The notes under the pieces were generated by a model. The model did not search any database. It had not been told where the DNA came from and worked only from the letters and a program-made list of their open reading frames with translations. A DNA stretch of 16,752 nucleotides, from contig CBFFRP010000493.1 in NCBI GenBank assembly GCA_965644295.1, forward strand, positions 1 through 16,752, in the 5' to 3' direction. Shown here piece after piece: positions 1 to 7,959 of the stretch. Position 1 is the first letter of the stretch. The number at the start of each line of letters is the position of its first letter. Source of the stretch: Paraphysomonas bandaiensis (taxonomy: Eukaryota > Protista > Chrysophyceae). The position numbers were made by a program, and so were the translations under genes.

Positions 1-1
1 G

Positions 2-238
2 CCTCCGACTGTGCTTTATCAGGACAACAAGTCCTCCATCTCCTTATCTGAGAATGGTACATCCAGATCAGGCCGGACTCAGCACATCAGAGTGCGATAC
101 CATTACCTACAGGAGCGCATCCTGAACGGTGACATTCGGCTCTGCTACAAGCCCACCAAGGAAATGATTGCCGACATTTTGACTAAGCCCCTTGGAGGCC
201 AGAACTTCACCGACCTGAGGCAAAACCTGCTCCAGTGA
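2..238 (+). CDS. pol: Copia pol C-terminus, RNase H domain (partial, open to the left)
   Basis: LYQDNKSSISL...RTQHIRVRYHYLQERI...KPTKEMIADILTKPL matches the copia RNase HI-like end (DN.SAI...R.KHI.VRYH...M.AD.LTKPL). Confidence 0.93.
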   Translation, partial: PPTVLYQDNKSSISLSENGTSRSGRTQHIRVRYHYLQERILNGDIRLCYKPTKEMIADILTKPLGGQNFTDLRQNLLQ

Positions 239-329
239 AGCCTCAGCTGCCTCCAAGATTCCCATACGTCTTACGGTAAACTGTCATTCCAATGTCGCAT
301 GATGCACACTCAGTACACATAACTCCATT

Positions 330-338
330 GCAGGGGTG
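330..338 (+). other. Polypurine tract (plus-strand primer) of element A
   Basis: GCAGGGGTG directly abuts the LTR start TGTTAC at 339. Confidence 0.75.
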
Positions 339-696
339 TGTTACACTATTTTTGTAGTTAGTCATCAGGAGTAGCAGATACTTGCACGTACTCCCCATGT
401 CTGTATAACACCTGTATACATACAGAATGCAAGAGATACGTCACTATCATTTATTGCCTCTCATGAAATCGTCAGTAGCATTCATAGCCACTTATAGTAT
501 AATCGTCAGTAGCATCCATAGCCACCCAAGTGCATTGCCTCTTGTGAATCAATCATCATATAGAGTCACTTTTCTCTATTGACCCGATTAGTGGTAATAA
601 CAACCATTTAATTACACTTGCACTTTAGACTTGCAACATTGTACAGCATATCCTTGAGAGGAGAGCTTTTTGTGCTACATCAGTCTTTGTCCAACA
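339..696 (+). repeat. LTR copy 1 (3' LTR of element A), 358 bp
   Basis: Starts TGTT and ends AACA (4-bp terminal inverted repeat). Direct repeat of 702-1059 with no differences found by eye. Confidence 0.95.
467..525 (+). repeat. 25-bp duplication within LTR U3 (467-491 and 501-525; also 830-854 and 864-888 in LTR copy 2)
   Basis: AATCGTCAGTAGCATTCATAGCCAC vs AATCGTCAGTAGCATCCATAGCCAC, 1 mismatch. Confidence 0.85.
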
Positions 697-701
697 TTTG
701 T
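697..701. other. 5-bp spacer TTTGT between the two LTRs, probable shared target-site duplication
   Basis: Junction reads ...GTCCAACA TTTGT TGTTACAC...; 5 bp is the typical copia TSD length. Confidence 0.65.
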
Positions 702-1059
702 TGTTACACTATTTTTGTAGTTAGTCATCAGGAGTAGCAGATACTTGCACGTACTCCCCATGTCTGTATAACACCTGTATACATACAGAATGCAAGAGAT
801 ACGTCACTATCATTTATTGCCTCTCATGAAATCGTCAGTAGCATTCATAGCCACTTATAGTATAATCGTCAGTAGCATCCATAGCCACCCAAGTGCATTG
901 CCTCTTGTGAATCAATCATCATATAGAGTCACTTTTCTCTATTGACCCGATTAGTGGTAATAACAACCATTTAATTACACTTGCACTTTAGACTTGCAAC
1001 ATTGTACAGCATATCCTTGAGAGGAGAGCTTTTTGTGCTACATCAGTCTTTGTCCAACA
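702..1059 (+). repeat. LTR copy 2 (5' LTR of element B), 358 bp
   Basis: TGTT...AACA termini; same sequence as 339-696. Confidence 0.95.
929..944 (+). promoter_or_regulatory. Putative initiator (TCACTTT, +1 near A931) and self-primer sequence CTTTTCTCTATTG (932-944; also 569-581 in LTR copy 1)
   Basis: A YCAYTYY-type Inr motif overlaps the start of a 13-mer exactly complementary to 1060-1072. The TSS itself is inferred, not observed. Confidence 0.55.
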
Positions 1060-1072
1060 CAATAGAGAAAAG
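1060..1072 (+). other. Primer-binding site, self-complementary type (CAATAGAGAAAAG)
   Basis: Lies immediately 3' of the LTR end, lacks the TGG expected for tRNA-CCA priming, and is the perfect reverse complement of 932-944. Confidence 0.8.
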
Positions 1073-1073
1073 C

Positions 1074-2615
1074 ATGGACGTCGGAAAGCTGACTTACACT
1101 CCGAATAACCTATCCACATGGCGCAGACAATTCTTGACATACGCCATCACTCATTACGGAGATGCTGGGACCATGCTCGATACAGGCAGCATGCCAGAGT
1201 ACATCGAGAACGAGTTCCCAATGCCGGAAGCGTTCCCGAAGCATAAAGACATGGAGTTTGAGATCATCAAGACCAAATACCTCGCACACACCAAGAAGGT
1301 TGAGCGTTTTGAAGAGTCTACCACTAGGCTCTACGGGGACATAATTCTACATATGTCCGAGGCCTCCATCACTCAAATGGAGAGCCACATCGATGAATAC
1401 GCAGAAGTCATCGAAAGCCGCTGCCCCCTCACGCTTTGGAAGCTGGTGATCAAGTCACATACCTTTGCTGGCAAGGAGGCCTCATTCTTAGAGAAGGAGA
1501 AGGCAAAGTCGAGACTCCAAGCGCTGAAGCAGGGATCTCAGAGTCTAGCCGAACATCACGCACGATTCGATCAGAAGCTCCAGATCTGTGAAGACATGCA
1601 GATCGATCCAGAGCCGAAGTGGGTGATCTATACTTATTTGCTCAGCCTGAATGTCGCGACCTTTGGCCAAATAGTGACCGAAATGCTGACCGAGATGGAC
1701 ACGGATCGGTTCCCGGCAACGCTGGAGGATGCGAAGCGCAGGATCGACCGTTTCTCTCAGTCATCGCGCCAAGTAGGACTACACGTTCGAAAGACTCCAC
1801 GCGATCAAGACTCTGCATTCGCCCATCATGCCGCCGACCACGACGACCAGAAGCAGATCCAATGTGCCTTTTGCGATAAGACAGGCCACTCTGCCCAAGA
1901 ATGTTTTTCACTGAAGAGATGGAGAGCAAAGAACCCCAATACGAATCCACCTCGTCAGAACAAGGGAATACTCAAGAAGCCCGCGCACACTAAGAAGAAA
2001 TTTCAGAGTCAGCGCAGCCAGAGCGAGAAGTCAGTGTCATTCGCTCAGTCGGACTCCGAGTGGGTATCTCTTTGTTCCACTGTCGGTGTAGATTCTGGAG
2101 ACATAGACGACTACATCATCGACAGTGGCGCCAATGTCTCAGTTGTGAAATCTACCTCAGGGCTGTCCGACCTCAAGACCATAAGTCCTATTTCAGTCAA
2201 TGGGATCGGGTCTGGTATTACCTCGAAATGCGTCGGCACGCATCGACTATTCGGACAATGCTACTTTGCACCCGAGTGTAGGATCAACATACTGTCACAA
2301 CACCGACTTGCCGAGAGATACAGCATTCAGTTTGACAGTGAGGTCGGGGATTTCTTTACATTGACTCCCAAGGACCAGAGCTCGGACCTACCCATTTTGA
2401 CCTTCGCGCCTGGTCCAGACCGATTGTATCACCTATGTCATGACCTTGCTCAGGTGTACGGGGCATCTTTTCGACATCGCGCCCCGCGAGATCCGAGCCA
2501 GCCCAGGACGCAGGAAGAGATCAATCGAGCCCGCGGAGTCCTTGAGTTGCATGCTGGACTCAACCACCCAGGGGACGACGCTTTGTCCAAACTCCAAGCA
2601 CTTCTTAACTGTTAA
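1074..2615 (+). CDS. gag-pol: Copia Gag-protease polyprotein, truncated in the pre-integrase region (513 aa from ATG 1074)
   Basis: Gag-like LKQGSQSLAEHHARF; CCHC knuckle CAFCDKTGHSAQEC (1863-1904); aspartic protease IIDSGANVS (D at 2121); GAG-pre-integrase LHAGLNHPG (~2547-2570). The last few codons probably read into flanking DNA. Confidence 0.9.
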   Translation: MDVGKLTYTPNNLSTWRRQFLTYAITHYGDAGTMLDTGSMPEYIENEFPMPEAFPKHKDMEFEIIKTKYLAHTKKVERFEESTTRLYGDIILHMSEASITQMESHIDEYAEVIESRCPLTLWKLVIKSHTFAGKEASFLEKEKAKSRLQALKQGSQSLAEHHARFDQKLQICEDMQIDPEPKWVIYTYLLSLNVATFGQIVTEMLTEMDTDRFPATLEDAKRRIDRFSQSSRQVGLHVRKTPRDQDSAFAHHAADHDDQKQIQCAFCDKTGHSAQECFSLKRWRAKNPNTNPPRQNKGILKKPAHTKKKFQSQRSQSEKSVSFAQSDSEWVSLCSTVGVDSGDIDDYIIDSGANVSVVKSTSGLSDLKTISPISVNGIGSGITSKCVGTHRLFGQCYFAPECRINILSQHRLAERYSIQFDSEVGDFFTLTPKDQSSDLPILTFAPGPDRLYHLCHDLAQVYGASFRHRAPRDPSQPRTQEEINRARGVLELHAGLNHPGDDALSKLQALLNC

Positions 2616-3415
2616 TTGATTCGACCTATATTCTTTTTTGCTATACTCTAGTATCAGGTAATAATTAGTGGTACTTGAGTAGTAGAGTGTGGAGCTGGAG
2701 TACTATTGGGCTGTTGGGTAATAATCAGTTCATTCATTGTATGTACAGTTATTGCTCTTATGTTACATGCGCAAGCACTAATGAGAACTAGTAGATGGTA
2801 CTGTAATGAACTATGAGATTAGGTGAAATTTATGTATGCTCAAGATTTGTCGTTAATTTGCAGCAAACGTATGCATATGTATGCTCTAATCTATACACTA
2901 TTCAATGAAATCTGATCCCTTTAAACAAAGAAGAATCAACTACTGCTTCAAATGTTTATTAAGTCATCAAGTTACAAGGATAAGAGTGAAAGATGTAGAT
3001 AGTAGTTGTAAGTGGTCTTTAGGTGAGATAAATATTAAGGTCAGAGGTGAGATAGCAGTGCAAGATATACACTATGTAGAGTGATAACAGGTCGCGACTG
3101 TCCTTCACGCTTTCTTATGTTCTCTGTGTACTTGTTTTGGCATTATTAACATAGATGCAGACACTTGTAAATTATACTTTTACAGCAACTTTAAAATCTC
3201 GGTAAAAAGAATGCTTAAAAGTTAAGGTGTTTATACTTTTTTATATGTTGTGCTGTTTCTTCCTGCTCGCCTTTGAACCTGCTTAGGCTTATGGATGATT
3301 ATTTACTTATTCATTACATTCAAATTACTTAGGAAATACTTAAGATTTACTTAAGTTTTCCTTAAATATCACCAGTGGAGATTTATCACATTTCGGAGAC
3401 TAAAGCAATCTTCCA

Positions 3416-3934
3416 TTATTTGCTCCTCGCAATCAGATATCCCGCCAAAACAATAGCAAGTGCGATTGGAATTGATTTTTCCAAATTACTGATCAACTCA
3501 CTCGTATGTGATGGTATACTTAAATATCTATGAATCTGCACTCTCGCATCATTTAAGTCAACAAAAATTGAAACCCCTGAAACAAAACTGGTCGTGGTAT
3601 TTCTCAAAAGTAAAGTTGGAGTTTTGATTCTCTGAAAATAAATATACTCCACGGAGTTGTAGTTGAGATCAGGATTGAGAAGCATTGATCTGAGAATTTC
3701 CAGGTTCAAATCTCTTGCTGACAACTGATTGAATTTTGGATTAACAGAACTGATGGATTCAATTCTTCTGATGTCTGTTTCCAAGTTACTATACTCAATT
3801 TCAACCCCCATTTCTATTGCCCTTGTGATATCACTGGAAATACTCTCCGTGTTTGGGTAGACCACAATCGCATCCATCAAAGTCCGTTTGGAAGCTTGTG
3901 AAAGTTTTTTCAATCCTTCCAGTGTGTGATCCAT
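3416..3934 (-). CDS. Hypothetical 172-aa protein with a C-terminal hydrophobic segment (tail-anchor-like)
   Basis: ATG-started 519-bp ORF in AT-rich DNA with protein-like composition, ending IPIALAIVLAGYLIARSK. No family recognised. Confidence 0.55.
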   Translation of the reverse strand: MDHTLEGLKKLSQASKRTLMDAIVVYPNTESISSDITRAIEMGVEIEYSNLETDIRRIESISSVNPKFNQLSARDLNLEILRSMLLNPDLNYNSVEYIYFQRIKTPTLLLRNTTTSFVSGVSIFVDLNDARVQIHRYLSIPSHTSELISNLEKSIPIALAIVLAGYLIARSK

Positions 3935-4332
3935 TCAGGTTTCTTGTAACTTACAACTAACTGATTACGAGTAAGCGCTAATTGATACCATGCATTGCTG
4001 TAAGTCTACATTAAAATACAGTCCCTGAGTCAATATACGAGTCAATATGACCCACATCATCATGAGCATCTTCTGCCTACCTGGCCAACTAGCCCAGAAG
4101 ACTTACTTCACTCCATACTGCTGTTGGTGTCTCCACACAGCTGTCATAATATTCTGCTGTCTGTGGAAATATGAAGATTCTGCAAAAAAATCGACGTTTT
4201 TTCGTTATTTCTGAAAATATATTCATCAAAAAACAACATGCATGACTTTTAGACTGCTGTGACATCCAGCAGTACATACATGCATACTCCGCAGATACAG
4301 CAGCACATACATACATACTGTACATACATACC

Positions 4333-4472
4333 TGTATGTATGTATGTATGTATGTATGTATGTACGTACGTATGTATGTATGTATGTATGTATGTATGTA
4401 TGTATGTATGTATGTATGTATGTATGTATGTATGTATGTACGTATGTATGTATGTATGTATGTATGTACGTA
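4333..4472. repeat. (TATG)n / (TGTA)n tetranucleotide microsatellite, about 35 units with a few TACG variants
   Basis: Directly visible. Preceded by a short opposite-orientation (CATA)n tract at ~4306-4331. Confidence 0.97.
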
Positions 4473-4738
4473 CACTGTTCTGTTATGTGTGGAATTTGCA
4501 TCTGGATTTTTGTGTACATGTTTGTACAGCAGGATGTATCGTTATACGGCTATGTTGTGCAGTGTGCGTGTGGGGTGTTTGCTGGTAGATTGAGAGGTTT
4601 GTCTCTGCGTTCAGAATCTAACCGAAGCTTTGAATATCTGTGTTTGTGGTGTGTGTTTGTACCAATCAAACGGTTCGGCGCCGTTCGCTGTGACATCTAT
4701 TGAGTTGTATCTCTGAGTCTGTTGTTTGTTCTAGAAGG

Positions 4739-5554
4739 ATGACGTGGCCTGTTAAGGGCGCTGCTGTGATGCTCAACAACGACCTGCCTGCTCCTCGAAT
4801 GACAGTTATGGATGCCTTCAACAAGACCTCCTCTAGTGTTAAGGAACCTGAAGTTGTGTTCGGCACTGGTTCTCGTCCTCCTCTCATGTCCCCAACATCA
4901 TCTCCTGGTCCAGGTGCTTATCACATTAAAACAACTATGAGGAAGACGATGGACTCAACGATTCAGTCTCCGAAAGAGTTTTCTATTCGGAGCAGGCAAA
5001 ATTTTGGTGATCCTAATCTTAAAGCGCTCTCGAAGTCCACTGCCAATGAACCTGGTCCCGGTCAGTACAAAATCGCTGATAAGTTTCTGACTGGTCGTGA
5101 TGAACCCAAATATAGTTTTCCAAAAAGTCGACCGCCAACGAGTAAGGCACTGCTTTCCCCTGGACCGGGTCAGTATCAACTGCCGCCTAGCATGGGCAAA
5201 CAACCGCTCTCCACTAAACAAAAGGCACAAGATGCCCCTTTTCCACAAGCAGGCCGCCCGACTTTGATCTCCCCTGGGACTACAGAGATTGGACCAGGAG
5301 AGTATGGGGTGCCCCCAGCAGCCTGTGAACCGCAGGTTGACTCGCGTAAACCCACTTGTTCGTCCGTTAAGTTCGGTACGGGATACCAGAAGAACATGAA
5401 GAACAATCAAAAGCTGGATCTTAGTGAGCCTTCACCTGGCCCAGGATCTTACAAACTTCCAGGAGGTGTTGCCACCAGGAGTTCGGGTACGCCATACAGA
5501 AGCTCGCCTGCTGCAAGCCTCAGTGGAAGAAATGCCTTTGGTAGCCCATGGTGA
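4739..5554 (+). CDS. ODF3/SHIPPO (PGP-repeat) family ciliary microtubule-associated protein, 271 aa
   Basis: Repeated motifs SPGPGAY, EPGPGQY, SPGPGQY, IGPGEY and SPGPGSY with typical spacers (PKYSF, PxFS, VKFGT). First ATG at 4739, just after a possible splice acceptor (TTGTTCTAG). Confidence 0.88.
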   Translation: MTWPVKGAAVMLNNDLPAPRMTVMDAFNKTSSSVKEPEVVFGTGSRPPLMSPTSSPGPGAYHIKTTMRKTMDSTIQSPKEFSIRSRQNFGDPNLKALSKSTANEPGPGQYKIADKFLTGRDEPKYSFPKSRPPTSKALLSPGPGQYQLPPSMGKQPLSTKQKAQDAPFPQAGRPTLISPGTTEIGPGEYGVPPAACEPQVDSRKPTCSSVKFGTGYQKNMKNNQKLDLSEPSPGPGSYKLPGGVATRSSGTPYRSSPAASLSGRNAFGSPW

Positions 5555-5972
5555 CTGCCTGCTGTTCTCACAGCTACCAGTCCAGGAATAATGATTGTGA
5601 ATGCACAAACGTGATCGGCTCCAGATTTTGCTCCCCTATTTTGCCACCTGCTAATGATTATTGAACATCTTCTACATGTTCTTATTATAGGGGAAGATAT
5701 TCGTTTTAAATGTGTTTTTGTAATAAGGGACATCTCATTTACCAAGAAGATGCTAGTCTTTCTTATTTCACTATATATACTCGTTTATTATATATTCAAT
5801 ATCCCTACCATAATTACAGCAATACAACACACAAACTAGATGATTCACAGATTAGTTTCTGAGATACATTGACTTGTAACATGATTCCTCGTTGTAAACG
5901 AGCTATTCATGCAATATCAATCTACATCAGTCAAAATGCCGATTCACACTCGGCTCATGAATTGTCATGCTA

Positions 5973-7466
5973 CTACTCTTCCAGCTCCGCAGACTCTGCG
6001 CACCACCACCTAATGAGCTCAGGGAACTCCACCAGACCAATGCTGTCAGCATCCACTATCCTGGTCAGTACAGCTACCTCTTCTTCGGTATATGCCTCCC
6101 CCATATCAGAAAGAAGAAATGGGAGGTCCGCTATGCTCATATCACCGGACAGATGTGAATCATATCGTTCAAACCTACCATAGGGTGACGTATAACAGAA
6201 CAATACATTGAAACACATAATATAGTACCATTAACTCACAGTTATGCAACGCCACACAAACAGAACACCAAAACACCATGCAGATAAGGAGTCATGTCAT
6301 AGTCACCTTGATCGGACAACGTGAAGCTCTTTCGGATGCATATTGTATTCTTCTGACAATGTCAATGCCACATAGGTGTGCTGCAAGTACCATACAGACA
6401 CCAGCAGCACAAAACGTAGCACGGAATCCCATGACATGTAATCTCGCTCCTCTGCCTGCAAGGCGGAGGAAAATATCAGTAGTTGCTTCTCTATCAAAGC
6501 CACTGAGGGGTAGGGCGCCAGAAACTAAGTACACGATAAATATACGCGTTAGAGCAAACGCATTCCATAAAATACGAGTAAGTCAGTCCGCGTGGAAAGA
6601 CACAAACAAATATGTTAGCAGCTCACCTTCGGTATAGGCTGAAGGAGAGATAAAAGGAAGGAGCGGGTCAAGGCAGCTACTTTGTATGATTCCATGGTGT
6701 CAGGGGGAGGGACTGTGGATACAGTATGGGATGATCCAGCAGACAGAGAAGGAGATGGATGGTGCTCCTGCAACAAAGCTTCAGATAAAACGGACAAATC
6801 ATCGGAGAGACAGAGCGATAGTGCCTCAACGGAGGACTCCAAGCCTGACCAGTTCCCGTTTTTTCCACTGTTTTGCTGTTTCTGCTGTTGGACCATACCG
6901 CCAAGTTCTCTCAGAAGCAAATGGGGAAGGGACTCTTTGCCCCAAGTATCCTTCGTGTAGCAATCTTTTGTTAACGTCCAAAGGCTTTGATGGTTAGGAT
7001 AAAAGTCAAGCGATATCTCGATATGACCGCACACTGCGCCTCTGCCGCTCTCTCCCTGCAGACACACATCAACCGACACATAACGAACACTCTCCATTGC
7101 GAATATCACCTCCTGCTTTTTACGGATGTAATACGTCCCACTCATACAAGTTCCCACCACAAGATTGTCTACTTCATATATATGCCGTGATCCGCTCTGT
7201 TCCCGTATGAACACACACACAGAGAGGTCCCATCCGAGACCACACCTCAGCTCGATATAATCGTCCCATACAGGGGATGAAACACTGACTGACTCAGTTC
7301 TTCTGGACACCCTCAGCACCCTCTGCCCCTCCCTCTCAACCAGAGAGCTGTTAGATAGATTGAGCTCAGCATAGACCTCGCCATCTCGAGGAGCATCAGG
7401 AGCACCAGATACGAAGCTGGCTCGATGAATAATAATCTTAAGGAAACCGAAGTCACTGCCGCTCAT
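5973..7466 (-). CDS. C2-domain / EF-hand protein, 3 exons (7466-6627, 6524-6307, 6174-5973), about 419 aa
   Basis: N-terminal C2-like pattern (FLKIIIHRAS...VYAEL...RRTESV...SPVWDD...GHIEISLDF). GT-AG introns 6626-6525 and 6306-6175 join three ORFs in frame and rebuild the EF-hand helix KELHVVRSRFERYDSHLSGDMSIADL, followed by a second hand DADSIGLVEFPE. Confidence 0.78.
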
Positions 7467-7959
7467 ATCAGATCATCAGACAGAGTGAACAATGAGAGTG
7501 ACAGTGACGGTGACAGTGACGGCCTCAGGACAGAGATGAGAACTGAAGATATGGGCATATACAGACACAGCAGTACGTGTATATGTATGTATGTGTGTGC
7601 CGAGACATGCAGGCTGTACATACAGCAGTGGCAACATGCAGTAGATAATACAGAAGAATACAGAACGGTATTCCTCTGATTTGAAATGAAACTAACTAAC
7701 GACTGTTTCGGCTGCTGTGTAGACAGGCCGTATTCCATGGTATTCCTGAGCTGTATTTGGGTGTATAGATGTGGAGGCAGTGTGTGTGTAGGTATATATA
7801 GTCTGTAGTGCATGTATACGCACCATATGCAGAGTGTTCCACATACATGTATGCGGTATACGAACACGCACCTCCCTCTGTATACACACATACATATCAG
7901 TCACTGTCAGCACATACACATACCGTCACTAGTACATACCGTCACTGGTGGTGAGGGTG
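7467..7959. promoter_or_regulatory. Probable bidirectional promoter between divergent C2/EF-hand and kinesin genes
   Basis: ~490 bp between head-to-head ATGs. CCGTCACT occurs twice on the sense strand upstream of each gene. Confidence 0.5.

Larger units (their letters stand above)
1..696 (+). mobile_element. Ty1/copia LTR retrotransposon element A, 3' end (RNase H C-terminus, PPT, 3' LTR); continues left of window
   Basis: Copia-type RNase H motifs are followed by a stop at 238, a purine-rich tract at 330-338 and a 358-bp TG...CA LTR at 339-696. Confidence 0.93.
702..2600 (+). mobile_element. Ty1/copia element B, 3'-truncated (5' LTR, non-tRNA PBS, gag, protease, start of integrase N-terminal region)
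   Basis: LTR 702-1059 and ORF from ATG 1074. Retro-like sequence ends near 2595 and gives way to AT-rich DNA, with no integrase core, RT or 3' LTR. Confidence 0.9.

Noticed and set aside
339-1059. CRISPR-like or satellite interpretation of the direct repeats
   Set aside because: These are two 358-bp TG...CA units with PPT and gag context, i.e. LTRs. There is no repeat-spacer periodicity, and the locus is eukaryotic.
981-1073. N-terminal 31 codons of the 544-aa ORF
   Set aside because: The ORF starts at a TTG inside the LTR. In a eukaryote the ATG at 1074, just after the PBS, is the credible gag start.
1060-1080. Canonical tRNA primer-binding site for element B
   Set aside because: There is no TGG start or tRNA-iMet-like sequence after the LTR. 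LTR self-complementarity explains the site, although a host tRNA search is still needed.
3325-3365. Imperfect AT-rich palindrome downstream of the orphan ORF
   Set aside because: It is short, AT-rich and imperfect, and is expected by chance.
4089-4703. ORFs with YIHT / MYVC repeats on both strands
   Set aside because: They are translations of the stop-free (TATG)n microsatellite.
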